Source: Camelus ferus (lineage: Eukaryota). Taken from it: a stretch of 64,000 nt of DNA. Positions 1 to 13,023 of this stretch are shown here, piece by piece (positions within the stretch are counted from its first letter, which is position 1; each line of letters opens with the position of its first letter). A model generated the notes under the pieces. The model was not told the DNA's origin. It searched no databases and saw nothing but the letters and a program-made list of their open reading frames with translations. A program made the position numbers and the translations under genes. The stretch covers positions 61,754,001 through 61,818,000 of the forward strand of contig NC_045696.1 of assembly GCF_009834535.1 (NCBI RefSeq), in the 5' to 3' direction.

Positions 1-83
1 CATTTTTTTTATAAAGGCCTTAAACTAATGAAGGGGTATAGAGTATTTATGAATCATTTGAAGTGTGTGGGGGTTTTTTCCAA

Positions 84-227
84 TTTTTTATTTTATTTAT
101 TTTTGGGGAAAAGCAATTAGGTTTGTTTGTTTGTTTGTTTGTTTGTTTTTAATGGAGGGACTGGGGATTGAACCCAGGACCTCGTGCATGCTAAGCATGC
201 TCTCTGCCACTGAGCTATACCCTCCCC
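84..227 (-). mobile_element. tRNA-Ala-derived SINE (vic-1-like)
   Basis: Reverse complement reads GGGGAGGGTATAGCTCAGTGGCAGAG...CTTAGCATGCACGAGGTCCTGGGTTCAATCCCC plus an (AAAC)n/A-rich tail; TGAAGTGTG at 59-67 and 230-238 is a possible TSD. Confidence 0.9.
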
Positions 228-425
228 GCTGAAGTGTGATTTTAAACATCTGTTGGTGCCTTTGTATTAAAAAGTGTTGTGTTACACAATGTCAGATTGG
301 TACAGAGAAGTATGAAAGGTGTTCCTTGGCAGCCAGGAATTTATAATCATGTAGAAAGAAAAAAAGTTAGAAGTCAGTTGGCTGAAATTCAAGGAAGTGT
401 GTAAGTGTCAAATTAATGAAAGGAC

Positions 426-1030
426 TGTATCACTCTGGGTCCAATCAAGAGAGAAGCCACAGTAATTTGAACATGGAAAGAATTATTAACTAACAGGAGA
501 ATGGAGTAATGAGGGATTAGCTAGTAATAAGTAAATAGAATTCTAAAGAACATAAGAATAACAGAAATAAGGAGCAGCTGCTACCCCTAGCACAGCACCT
601 AGGGAAGAGCCCTCCTCCCCCCCAGAAGGTGGAGGTTCAGCCTTGCTGGAGAGAGCATAGCTGTGGCTCATCGAATGGCAGAGAAGCTGAAGTGGTGCTG
701 TGTTGGTGGAATGTGCTGGACATCTGCTCTTTAGGGTGCTAGGGAAGCTGCTCATGGGGAGGTGTTAACTGCACTGCAAACCTCCTAAGAAGGAAGCGTG
801 AGGAAGCTGCTGGCTGCTGGGTATGCTACTGGCCACCTTGCCATATAGGAGCCTGATAAGCAAGCACACCAGATCCAGGAAGCAAAACTTTTCTCCTGCA
901 GTATCTCTCCTGCGCCCTCTACTGATAAAGCTCAACACCATGCCAGATGGCCATGGAAAAATACCTAAAGATCCCAGATCATTTTCAGAGTAGACAAAAA
1001 GGATGAATTTGGAATTGAGAGACACTGTAT
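426..1030. mobile_element. Probable ERVL-type solo LTR
   Basis: GC-richer block starting TGTATCACTCTGGGTCCAATCAAGAGA; family assigned from recall only. Confidence 0.45.
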
Positions 1031-2157
1031 CAGTAATCAGCATGGGAGTGGCATTAGTGCTGTTGGAGTTCAGAGGAGTAGAGATCATGTGACAGTTAAG
1101 GAAGAAGTACTATTTGAAAGAGCTCTTGTAGCATGAGTAGAGTTTTTTTTAAGTTGAAAGTGACATTGTTTTTTCCTCATTGCAAGAACAGTACATACTC
1201 ATTTCTAAAAATCAGAATATAGACAAGTATTTTTTGTCTGTAGTCTATGAAGAAGGGGAAAGCACTCAGCTCTCTTACCCATAAAGAGAACCAGTGTTAA
1301 GTGCTTGATAAAATATGGCTAGGTAGTGGATATAGTAGGGAAGAAAAGCTTTCTATGATGGTGCTTGGTGCTGCTTTTGTATCTTTGTTTACAGGGGATA
1401 AAATTGGCTTTGAGATATAATAATGCCAAATTATATAAACTAACATTTTGAGGAACTTTCTATATTTGGTGTTTATGTGAGATTTATTTATGTAACTTCT
1501 TTAAGAAGTTTTCAAATAGACAATCACTAGACAACACTTTCTTGCTCTTTAAGTGACTATTAGGAAGAAGGGATTTTTTGTTGTAATCACACTGAATGTT
1601 GTGTCTTAGAAGTCCATTGTGCTTTTCTCTCCTCTTTGCTCAAAGATTGTCATGTGAATGCTCATCTTTGGAACAGGGTTCTAGCAGATTTAATCTGAGA
1701 AGACAAATTGAAAACTGAATCTTGCCCTCACTGAGATATGGGGATTAATCCCCCCCCAGATAGCAAAGACTGTAAGATTCTCATGAAAGAGAAAGACTTT
1801 ATATCACTATTTATTAACATTTGTACTTTAAAAGTTAGAAAGTAATTCTAGAGAATGAAAACAAAGTTCCTGTGTATTATTAACAACCAGCTCATGAGTG
1901 ATTAGAATATATAATGTTAGGCCTGTTTTCAGAAAAATATGCTACTAAATTCAGACTAGTTCGTGTTGACTTAGTCTTTTAACCAAGTTGGTATAAAAGT
2001 GAACTGTTTGCTTTCCTATTTTTCATAAAATTAAGAAAATATTAAAGCTCTAGTATAAGTTTAGTTTTTAAACCTTTCAGTTACAATATTTGACTTAGAA
2101 ATATGTGACTTAAAAATAACCACTTGTCCTCTGTGAGCAGTTGAATAGAAAGATTTA

Positions 2158-2314
2158 GAACTGTCCAGTTTGAACTTGTTGCAGTGATAGATATGTTCTG
2201 TATCTGTGGTATCCAGTATGGCTAGTGTGACTAAGAAACAATTTTGTTTTTATTTCATTTAAATTTAAATAGCCATATATGGCTAGTATGGCCCTCTCAT
2301 ATTGGTTAGCACAG
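2158..2314. mobile_element. MER3-like hAT MITE
   Basis: CTGTCCA...TTTAAATTTAAATAGCCA...TGGCTAGT...ATTGG.TAGCACAG pattern. Confidence 0.6.
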
Positions 2315-2962
2315 ATTACAGAATGGTGTGTTCACAGGGGAAAAAATTTTAAAGGCAAATAATTTGAAGATGATTTTAAGAGCAAATTCCCATCGGTGAA
2401 AAGTAAGAAGCAGAAATTAGCAGAGCCTAGCCAAAGCATAGTGTTGGGTAGAGTGCTGACCTCAGTATGAGGATTAGCCTTTAACTTGTATACCAAGATG
2501 TGCAAGTTAAAAAATCCCATAGGAGCCTAGAGGGTAAAATAAACTAACTCTGTTCTCTACCTGGCAACCACTTGTTCATCTTTCAAGGGCATCTCTAAAA
2601 AAATCTGTGCTCACTTCTGTATCACCCAAGGTACTGCTCCCTGTTTCCTTAGAAAATGGGAACAAAGCTTCCCTGTAATCCCAGCTCTCATTTTGTTTCT
2701 CAAAAAAACTTCGCATATAGCTAGATTAATGAATAGAACAAGGCCAAATGTATTAAAGAGTATTTTGATGCAAAGAACAAACATGGGATCCTAGGTGACC
2801 ATCTGTAAGAGCCTTACAGTAAGAAAAATGGACCAATAGAGATGATTTATTTTAAAATAAAATATGTAAGTTTCATTGAAAAAAATTCCCTTTCAGGGTT
2901 GGCCTGTCTACATAACAGCACGTCATTTTCCTCATTTGGGACTTTGATTAGAATTGCTTTGA

Positions 2963-3013
2963 CTACACACCAGAAATTGACACACAACATTATAAACTGA
3001 CCATACTTCAATA

Positions 3014-3047
<34 letters not shown>

Positions 3048-3060
3048 GTAGTTTAAAAAA
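2963..3060 (+). mobile_element. Very short L1 3'-end insertion with a (TA)n tail
   Basis: CACCAGAAATTGACAC...TACTTCAATAAAA matches the 3' end of the 13024 L1; TSD AGAATTGCTTTGA at 2950-2962 and 3061-3073. Confidence 0.9.
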
Positions 3061-3211
3061 AGAATTGCTTTGAATCTATAGATTAGTTTGAGGAAATTTG
3101 GCATTTGTAGATTTTTGAGTCTTCAAATTCATGAACATTAGTATCTCTCCATTTATTTAGGTCTTTTTAATGTTTTTCAGTATATTTTTCCCTGATGTAA
3201 AGATTCTAGTC

Positions 3212-3739
3212 CATAGTTCTCGAACTGCCATAGCATCCTGGAGTACCCCATTGAGCTCAAAGGCACCATGGGACATTTTAAATTTTAAAGAGAAACAGTG
3301 GCATAGATGGAATTAGTGGACATCTGTTAGACACCATGTGGACTTCTAGCTCTAGGAAGTTCCACAGTTTCAGCATTAGGTTGTGATACATTTGATAAAA
3401 TCTGTCTTTGTGAAGTGATTGCTGAAATTAGAAGTATGGAAATCAATGTGGAATAGGAAATGAGGGTGGGTGGGGTCTGAAGTTTCAGAGACTGCAGTAC
3501 CCATCAGGTACATGTTTCCCTATGTACGTGATTAAGAAAGAAATAGAAAAGGTTTGGTTTTTCTTCCAGTTGATGGGTATTGCTTTTTCAAATAGTTACT
3601 GAGTTTTTAGGATATGAATACTAATGAAGTTGTGTGGACCTAACTGCTAAATAAATGAAACTCTTACGAATTTCTTTTGACCTAAGGCACTGAAATGATT
3701 ACTGAGGCACTGTGGACTGAGCAGGTTTGGGAACTACTG
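3212..3739. mobile_element. hAT-Charlie-type non-autonomous element
   Basis: Imperfect termini CATAGTTCTCGAACT and GGTTTGGGAACTACTG with CTAG-containing flanks. Confidence 0.5.
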
Positions 3740-5774
3740 TCCTAGGAACTTCAGTTTTTATGATACTATTAATGGTATCCTTTCCCGTCCCATTTCATTT
3801 TCTGTTTAGTATACAAAAATGCAGTTGAATTTTGTATGGTCCTCTTTATCCTGCAAATTTGCTAAAGTTATGTTTATCCTAATTCATCATAGTTTTGTTT
3901 GCATTTTGTAGACAGTCTTATCATTTGCAGTTAATGACACTTGTTTCTTCTAGTATAGGAGAACATTGGGAAAAAAAGAATAAATGATAATAAAAAATTG
4001 GGGTAAATTTTTTTTCAAGCACTTTTTACATCCTGCAGTTTCCCATTCCCACTCACTGTGAGAATAGTAATTCAGGTGTGAGTCCATTCTACAGGTGATT
4101 GATTTGAGGGACTAAAAATTAAAAGATAAATTATTTGGCTTTCAGTATACAACTTGATTAGTGGCAGTACTTTATTTGCCTTAACTGGCTAACATTTTTT
4201 ATTTGAAAAACACATTTTGAGTTTCTGTGCACTTTGCTAGATGCTATTAGGGAATAAAAGGAGATATAAAATTAGTACCTTCTCACAATGAGTAGAGTTC
4301 AGTAGAGGAAATTGATATATTATAATAGGTAATATTAGAGGCAATGTCATAATGTAGTTGAGTACTTGCTAAATATGTAATACATATAATAATGTAGAAA
4401 GTTCACATTGTAGATGTCTCATTCCCTGAAGATGTCAGAAAGAAGAAAATGTGAATTTTCAATCACTGCCAGTTTACATTTAATTCTGTTCAGTATTTTG
4501 GCCTCTGTTTAGTTTAATTGTAAAGCTAAATAAATTTCATGTGTTGTCTGCAAAGTGAAAATCAAGGATATTCTTAGTGTGCAGTGTATTGTTAGATTAG
4601 GTCTCTGTGGTGTCTTATTGTATTATTCTACTTCTGCTGGTGATTTTATATAATTAACAAAATTCCCAAATCAAACATAGAAAGCAAGATATATTCAGAG
4701 AAGTCTGGCTTTTATTTTGGTCTCTTCCATTTTTTTCTTTCCCTTTCCCAAAAGAAGATTTAAAGAATTAATGGTTTATCCTTCCATTAAAAATAATAAT
4801 AAGCATGTGTGTGTGTATATGTGTTTTTTTTCTCCCCTTAGGTAAATAATAGCATACCATAATATTTTTTTCCTTCATCTTGCATTTTCATCAGTAGTAT
4901 ATCCTGAGATTACTCCGGGGCAGAATATACATTGATTTCCTCCTTCATTTTTATAGCTTCATAATACTTTAGTGTGTGATGTACCATAGTTAGTTCAATC
5001 AGTCCCCTTTTTGTGGCCATTTGAGATGCTTCTGGTCTTTTGCTGTTATAGATAATGCTACAGTAACAGCCTAGTGTATATATTTACTTGTATTTTTGCC
5101 AGTGTGTCTTTGGGATAGATTCCTAGAAATGGAATATCCGGGTCTATACTTTTTAAACACTGTTTCACTGTTTTCTTACAAAGTAAAAGTCATAGATTAT
5201 TTAACATATCCTCTTTTCAGGGGAAAAATTAGCATAATGCCCTAACTCAATTCCAAAAATCAATTTTGGGAGGAAAATTAATATATAATGGAAAAAATAA
5301 GAACTAAAAGAACTCTAATAAAATATGTACTTCAATTTATAAATACTTAATCACAGCAACTTGAAATGTACAAAATGATCGTAGGCCTGTATCTAATATA
5401 CATGGGCTCAGCCATAGTGCAGTCTCTTGCAGGAGTGCTGCTCTGGTGATTTAACTAACATGAGTGCATTGCTTTCAGTGACACAGTGTTCCAAATGATG
5501 AGTGGATTTAGTAAAACTAAGCAAGGCAAAGATAAGCTCTTGATTTCATAGTGGTTGCATACGTGGAAAATTCAGTGTGTATTAAAACTGTAAAAAGTAT
5601 CTTTTATATGTAAAATAGAACTATGCTCTAGGTTCACATAATTATATGTAAATTTTAAGAAATTATAAGCCAGTAAATAGTAAAACAACTCTTGAACGTT
5701 CAAGTAAAAATTCAGAACTGTAAGTGTCCTTAAGTGCTTTAATCATACCCTGCAAGGGTTTTTGTGTGTGTGTT

Positions 5775-7340
5775 AAAATATACATAATATAAAATTTATC
5801 ATTTTTTAAGGTGTACAGTTCATTGGCATTAAGTACATTGGCATTAAGTTGAGCAACCATTACCATCATCAATTTCCAAAATATTTCATCATCCCAAACA
5901 CAAACCCTGTACCCCTTAAACGGTAACTCCCTATTTCACAATCCCCTGCCCCAGGCCCTGGTTATCTCTATTCTATTTTCTGTCTCTATTGAATTTGACC
6001 ACTCTAAATACCTTATATAAGTGAAATTCCCCTTTTGTCTGTCTTATTTCACTTAATGTTTTCATAGTTCATCCTTGTTAGAGCATGTACCAAATTTAAT
6101 TTCTTAAAGCTATATAATACTCTATGGTATATATACACCACATTTTATTTATCATAATCCTGCAAGTTTTGATACATAGTTTTTTCATTCTCACTTAATT
6201 CTAAGTATCTTCTAATTTCCATTATGATATCTTTGTTTAACCATAGGTTTTTTAGAGGTGTTTTAAAATTTCCAAACTCATGGAGTTTTTTCCTAGTTAC
6301 CTTTTTGTTGTTGATTTCCAACTTAATTGATTATGGTTGAGTATGTAGTGATTCCAGTCTTTTGGAAATTTTTTTTCTCTCAAAACGTCTTTATTTTGAC
6401 CTTATTCTTAAAAGATAGTTTTGTTAAATCTGTGCTTTATGTTGGCAGCTTTTTCTTCCAGTACATTGAGGATATTCCAATGTCTTCTTGCTTTCATTGA
6501 TGGTATCAGAAGGTAAGCTCAGAGTCCAACTGGCACTTCTGTGAAGTTTATCCCTTTTTTCTCCTTTGGCTGATATTAAGAACTCTTTGATCTTACTTTC
6601 ACTATGATGTGCCTTCACTTTGATGTGCATAGATTACATTTTATCCTGCTTTTGATTTCTTTAACTTACAGATTTGTGTCCTTCATTGGTTCTAGAAATT
6701 TTCTCAGCCCTAATTTATCTAGTGAATGAGTCCTTCATTCTATCATCATCTTCTGGAACTCCACATAGTTGTATCTTAGATCATCTGGCCTACTCATCTT
6801 ACTATTGTTTTATATTTTCTCTTTGTCATTCTGTGCTGCATTCTAGGTACTTCCTTCACATATATCTTCCAGTTCACTAATTCTCTCTTCTGCTGAGTCC
6901 ATGCTGCTCTTTACTTCAAATATTGAGTTTTGATTTTCAGGTATTGTATTTTTTTCTTACTGAAAGTTCTGTATGGCTGTTTTTCATATTTTTTTCTGCT
7001 TTTATATTTGAGATTCTTACACATGTTCTATATCAGATTATTTCACATCTGTTTCACCAGCCTGTTTTGATTAGTTCTCAATTATGGTGCATTGTTTGTT
7101 TTCTTTCTTTCTTTTCTTTTCTTTTTTTTTTTTTTTGTAGCAGCTTTATTCATAATTGTCAAAACTTAGAAGCAACCAAGATGTCCTTCATTTTTTTTTA
7201 ACTTTTTTTATTGAGTTATAATCATTTTACAATGTTGTGCATTGTTTGTTTTCTGAACTTTCCCTATGAGCTGTTCTTTTTCCTTAGAATTTGATCTTTG
7301 GTTATTTTTTGAGACCTGTGTTGAATTTGTTTTGTCCCAG
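5775..7340 (-). mobile_element. Ancient antisense L1 fragments
   Basis: L1MB-like 3' end (ATACATAATATAAAATTTATCATT...GTGTACAGTTCATTGGCATTAAGTACATT) followed by L1M body. Confidence 0.65.
7105..7236 (-). mobile_element. L1 3' terminus with a transduced flank and a second poly(A)
   Basis: 18-bp TSD GTGCATTGTTTGTTTTCT at 7087-7104 and 7237-7254; two T tracts separated by 54 bp. Confidence 0.85.
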
Positions 7341-10300
7341 GGAGGCTTTGTATTTATATTTGATTCTGTCATTCACTAGGGAATGCTACCAACGTGGCCA
7401 CATTCGATAAACCTGTTTAGGAATTGGGGGGAACCTGATAGATGGGATGAATTCAGACCACAAACATGCTTTCTGTTGTTAGTATTTCTCAGAGGTTCCC
7501 TGCTGCCCTGCACCCATTGTTATTAGTGGGCTCAAAATACTTAAGGGAAAGGTTTTATTTTTCCCCTTCTGCACAGAGGTATTTATTTCTGATTTACTCT
7601 TATACAGATTATAGCTTTTAGATCCTAGCCTTATATGGGAGGGACTTCAATTTAGGCAGACCCTGGGTTTTATCACCTGTCCCCTGTGACAGCCATCAAA
7701 GTACAAGTTTAAGGTCTACAGGGTTTAGTCAAAAATCCCTCGAGAATAACTGGATTACTAAATTGCTTACTCTCTTGTTCCTGGTTTCACTTTGCTTTGC
7801 ACTTTATGGAAACATCCCTTTTATCTTAACTAGCTTATCCATGCATATTTAAAGATTTGATATGCTTTCCAATCCTTTATTTATTTGTGTTCAAAGCAAA
7901 ATTTTTTATTTTCCTTTATTCTTTACCAGTGCCTCAGTTGTTTTCTACATCTCTTTTCTTCCTCATTTGCCTCTTTTCCTTTCTGGCTTTGCTACAGTAG
8001 GCCTGATATTATAGCCATTGCTTCCAAATGAACACACTCCTTTCTTTCTGATTTGTGAACTTTCCTTTCATAGTGTGTGTTTTCCATCTAAGGTGATCTG
8101 GGATATTTTCATTGATGCTTTTGCTCTCAGGGGCATTTGAAGCTTTTTTAGAGGGGGATGGGATAAAAAAAGCCAGTGATGTTGGGGCTCTTAGACCTTA
8201 TTGAGAGATTGTTAGATGTCTTATCAGATAGTGATGTATTATTATATTCATAAGGTACTAAAAAATTAAGGTATGTTATGTATAAAACGTAAGTAAAAAT
8301 ACAAAGCAAAATTGTGCTTTTAAAATCATGTTTTTCAGTAGTATATGGTTTTTACTTGCAGTAACTTAAATGGTCTGAGTAAATTATAATAAATTTAGTA
8401 ATTTCTCCTAGTTGGACTGACTGGTTCCAGACACCACTTCTTTTTTTATTTCTGTTGTGTATTTAGCCTTCCCCTCATCTCCTTCAGTGGACAATTGATG
8501 AATTGTTTGTCTTTGAGTTGTGTCACAATTAAACAATGGTCCTGTTAGAAAAGTACAGTGTGTTTTGGGCATGCTTTTTATTTAGCCTACTTGTTTTTCA
8601 CTGAAAAGTAGCAAAAAGTGTTTAAACAGATTTGGAGAGAGGCATTACTTACCATTTTGCCCTTTCTTATAAAACATTTTTGAGTAATGGTGGAGCAAAA
8701 TATTGGTAAATCAGTATTTTATAATGAATTGTTCTTATATTCTTTGTTTCTCCTAAAATATAAGATGTAAAGAACCTTATCACATATTCATTTGGCATGT
8801 TTTAGGCATTTGACACCATCAGTAGAAGCAGTAAACAAAAAACTACACTGCTTCATGGAAAAGGACTGAAGACTAAGGCCATGAGTCAGCTGTTGGGGGG
8901 AAAGTATAAAACTTTCCAAAGATATTTTTCATATAGGGTAGTTTATATGTTGTCTTGTGAAATCCTGTTTGATTCAGGAAGAACAATATTTCATCCAGGG
9001 ACAGAGTGTAGTGCCATAAATCAGTGAACTTTATTGTTAGATAAACACAATGATCTGTGTTGAGGTAGTAAAATAATGTAGTAGCAGTAGTAGTAGTATA
9101 ATTCCTGCTTTTGAATTGTTTGAAGTCTTGGGCAGGAGAAACACCTAAAATAATAATTACTCATCCACAGTTATAATTCATTGCCAAAGAATGGTCTGAT
9201 ATATTAATATAATTAAGAAAAAAACATGAGATGAAGAGTTGTTAGTAAACTTGAATTCTGGTCCTAGTTCTGTTAGTAATTAGATTTGTGTGACTTTAGG
9301 CAAAACTGCTTACTCTTTGGTAAGTCAGATTCTTCACAAATCAAGTAAGGAAGGTGGACCAGATGAATTCTAGTCCAATTTTAATACTCTCTGTATTTAT
9401 TTTCCTATATAACTCACGTTCAGAGGGTATGAAGGATCATTTTGAACAGGGACAGACGGGCATGACCTTACATAGGAAATAAGTTTTACTAAGCATTGAA
9501 AGATTTGGTTGGGCAGAGAAACGGATAAAGAAAATTTGAGAATGGAGACATGTATACCCAAAGATGGTTTAGGCCAGGAAAGTCTTTGGTATATTTGTGG
9601 AACATGAAGCACAGGATTTATGTGGTGTGTTCATGTGAGATCAGTTTGATTTAGTAGTAAATGGCCCTAAATGGCAGAGTTTAGTAGCTGCTGAGGAAAG
9701 TATAGCCAGGGAGATTGTTATCATGTATTATTTTTAGTCAATCAATTCTAATTTCTTTCTCTAAACAAAAATTGAATGTATAGAAACTCTTTGAGAAGCT
9801 AATGGGCTTCTTCTAACCTCTTTTTCTGAACAGCAGCTGAAAACATTTCATTATAGAAATCCTGAAAGGAAGTGAGCAAGTCCCCGGCTAAGCTGGTGGC
9901 AGAGTCATCAATGTTGTATCAAGGGTCATGCTTATATTCACTGCGAGCAATTGCTTATGAGTCATATTACTTAGAATTATTGCCATCATATTTGTCATCT
10001 TGAGTAATTTCATTAGGGACATCTGTGACTCATAAAATTTGAGTTTTTTTAGACGTGTGTTGCCTAACAGTACTTCATGTTAACTGGGATTTCCTTGAGA
10101 CAAAGCTAATTTAACTTTATAATGTAGAAAAAGAAGAAAGTTCTGAAACAGTGTATTCGCTCCTCTTTAGTTTTATTGGGCTGAATTTGTGCAGAAAATT
10201 TAAAAAGTTGCTACATGGTATATTAAAATAGAGCTGAAAAGAAATTTTTTTTGAATAACCTAAGTATAAGGAAAGGCTATGTTCTGAAGATTGCCTTGTT

Positions 10301-10635
10301 AATGTTGTTTGCTTTAGAATTTGGTGGTGGTATTTTCATATAAATAAATGACAGTCTCTCTGGCTAACGCATTAAAGTTACTGATCTTTCTGGGCTTTGT
10401 TACAAAAAACAGTATAGTAAATCTCATTGCATATGTATAGATTTTGAACTATATTCAAGATTTGATTAGGTTTCTGTGCCCTAGCTTAGAAATCTAGCCA
10501 ATGATTACCTTTTCCTATGTTAAAATGTGTTCTGTAGAGTATAGGAGGAAATACAGGTCTTCTGCCTCCTCAGTAACACATCAGAAAGAATTGGGGATAT
10601 GAGAGTGAAGTACAGAGCTGGGGTACACACTAAAG

Positions 10636-12157
10636 CAGCAGTTCTCAAAGAGTGTTCGGTGGTACCCTTAGAGTCCATGAGTCAAAACCTATTTTCATAA
10701 TAATGCTAAGACATTCTTTGCCTTTTACACTGTGTTGACATTTGCATTGAAGATGCAAAAGCAATGGTGAATAATACTAACTACTATATATAAAATAGAT
10801 AAACAACAAGTTCATACTATGTAGCACAGGTAACTATATTCAGTATCTTATAGTAACTTATGGTGAAAAAGAATATGAAAACAAATATATGTATGTTCAT
10901 GGGTGACTGAAGCATTATGCTGTGCACCAGAAATTGACACAACATTGTAAACTGACTATACTTGAATAAAAATAATATATATACAAAAACAAAAAAGCAA
11001 TGGTGGGTAAAATTGCCTGTACTTTAACACAATTCAAGGCAGTAGCTATGTTTTTTTTAAAAGCCAGTTTCACTTAAGAATGTATTTGATGAAAAAATAA
11101 AATTATTAATCTTACTATATCTCTCCTTTTGAGTTTACTTTTAAAGTATTTTATATAGAAAAATGAGAAGTACTCATAAGGTACCGAGGAAGTGTGAAAT
11201 GGTTGTCTTACAAAAACCATTTATGTGACTGAACTTGAAAAGGCCTTTCTTCCTGGATCCATTTATTTGAAACGACGACTGGCTCACTGAAAAACTCTGA
11301 TTGTTGAGACTTAGGTATTTGGCAGATGTTTTCTTGAAAATGAATGAATGAAAGAATTGGTTGTTAATTGATTAAATTTTCAAATGAAAATTAGAATTTT
11401 AGAAAACTTATATCCACTTTCTTGAGTTTGATGATTTCCTAATACTTAGACTTTTCTGATGAGATTAGTGGTGATATTGAATGTGATTTTATTTTTATTC
11501 TATAATAAAATATGTCAATGTTGGAATATCTTAATATTTGAACAAGGCAGTAATTTCCAAGTAATGAATTCATGACATTATAAAATTCATGCATAGGTAA
11601 AAGATCGATTCAAAGTACAAAAGAAATCAATGGGTTTAATGTAACAGAGTACAAAAGATGTATTGCTCTGGTTTCAGATTCCATAGCTAACCTTATGAAG
11701 GTTGAGTTTGGTGTAGTATCAAAGAACAATATCCACAATTATCTGAAAGCTGTTAAAATACTCCTTTCAGCTACATATGTGTATAAGACCAGATTTTCTT
11801 CATACACTTTAACCAAAACAGAACACAATAAATTGAATGCAGAAGCAGATATGAGAATCCAACTGTCTTCTACTAAGCCAGACATTTAAAAGATTTGCAG
11901 AAATATAAAATAATGCCACTCTTCTCACTATACTCTGTTTTGAAAAATATTATTTTTCATAAAAATGTAATTTATACTAACATGTAATGGGTTTATTATT
12001 TTTTAATGAAATAAATATTTAAATAACTTATTTAAATTTCTTATAGTGAATATAGATAGATATAACTCACATAAACAAAAATTGAGATCCTTGGTAATTT
12101 TTAAGCATGTGAAGGAATCTTGAGGCCAAAATGTTTTGCATGTGTTGAGAACAGTTG
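10636..12157 (+). mobile_element. hAT Charlie1-type DNA transposon remnant
   Basis: Termini CAGCAGTTCTCAA and TTGAGAACAGTTG; ORF at 11695 resembles the hAT C-terminal dimerisation domain (KAVKILL..TY...FSSY..TKT..NKLNAEADMRIQLSS.KPDI). Confidence 0.85.
10770..10992 (+). mobile_element. L1 3'-end fragment nested in the Charlie element
   Basis: L1 3' UTR sequence; TSD AAAAGCAATGGTG at 10757-10769 and 10993-11005. Confidence 0.9.
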
Positions 12158-12361
12158 TTGATAAAGGGCATAACCTAACTTAAACACATATGTGTTGGTC
12201 TCTCCCAGTAGATTATGAACTCTTGGAGAAGAATTAAGTCCTTGTATTCTCCAACTTCTAGCATAGAATCTTATGAATAATAATACTGTGATAGTAATAG
12301 CAGCAGCATTCAGTTACTAGCTCATTTAATCTTTATTCTATGAGGTAAATGTTATTAATTC

Positions 12362-12920
12362 CTTTTTTAAATTGAGATATAATTCACATAGCTGAAATTT
12401 ACCATTTTAAAGCATGCAACTCAGTGGTTTTAATATATTCACAAGATTGTACAACCATTACTGATGTCTAATACCAGAACATTTTTATTCCCCACAAAGC
12501 ATCAGCAGTCACATGTCATTCATCTCATCCACTAGCAACCTCTAATCTACTCTACTCTCAGTCTCTGTGGATTTGCCTGTTCTGGACATTTCATATAAAT
12601 GGAGTCATATAATTTGTTGTCTTTTAGTATCTTGACTGTTTTCACCTGTGTTTTCAAGGTTTATTTCATGTTGTAGCATGTGTCAGTACTTCACTCCTTT
12701 TTGTAGTCAAACAATATTCCATTGTATAGATATGACATAATTTGTCTATCTGTTCATCCATTGATATTTTGATTTTCATTTTTTGACTATGAATAATGAT
12801 GCTGTGAGCATTCATATGCAAGTTTTGGTGCAAACATTTTCAATTCTTTTAGGCATATACTGGAAGTGGAATTGCTAGGTCATATGGTAGGTTACTCTGT
12901 ACTTAACTTTTTGAGGAACT
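12362..12920 (-). mobile_element. Ancient L1MB-like 3' end
   Basis: TTGAGATATAATTCACATA...ACCATTTTAAAG... is a typical antisense L1MB terminus. Confidence 0.7.
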
Positions 12921-13023
12921 TATTTATTCCTTTTTTTTTAATAGACTTTTATTTTGGAATAGTTTTAGATTAATAGAGAAGTTTCAGATACAGTAGATTT
13001 CCTGTATAACTGTCACCCCTCTT

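Noticed and set aside
543..1088. GC-richer block with minus-strand ORFs as a possible PAK2 exon 1 or promoter
   Set aside because: CpG-poor and LTR-like; there is no CpG island in the window, so the promoter is presumed upstream.
11695..11889. hAT transposase-like ORF as a domesticated gene
   Set aside because: Only a short, frameshifted C-terminal remnant within a decayed Charlie element.
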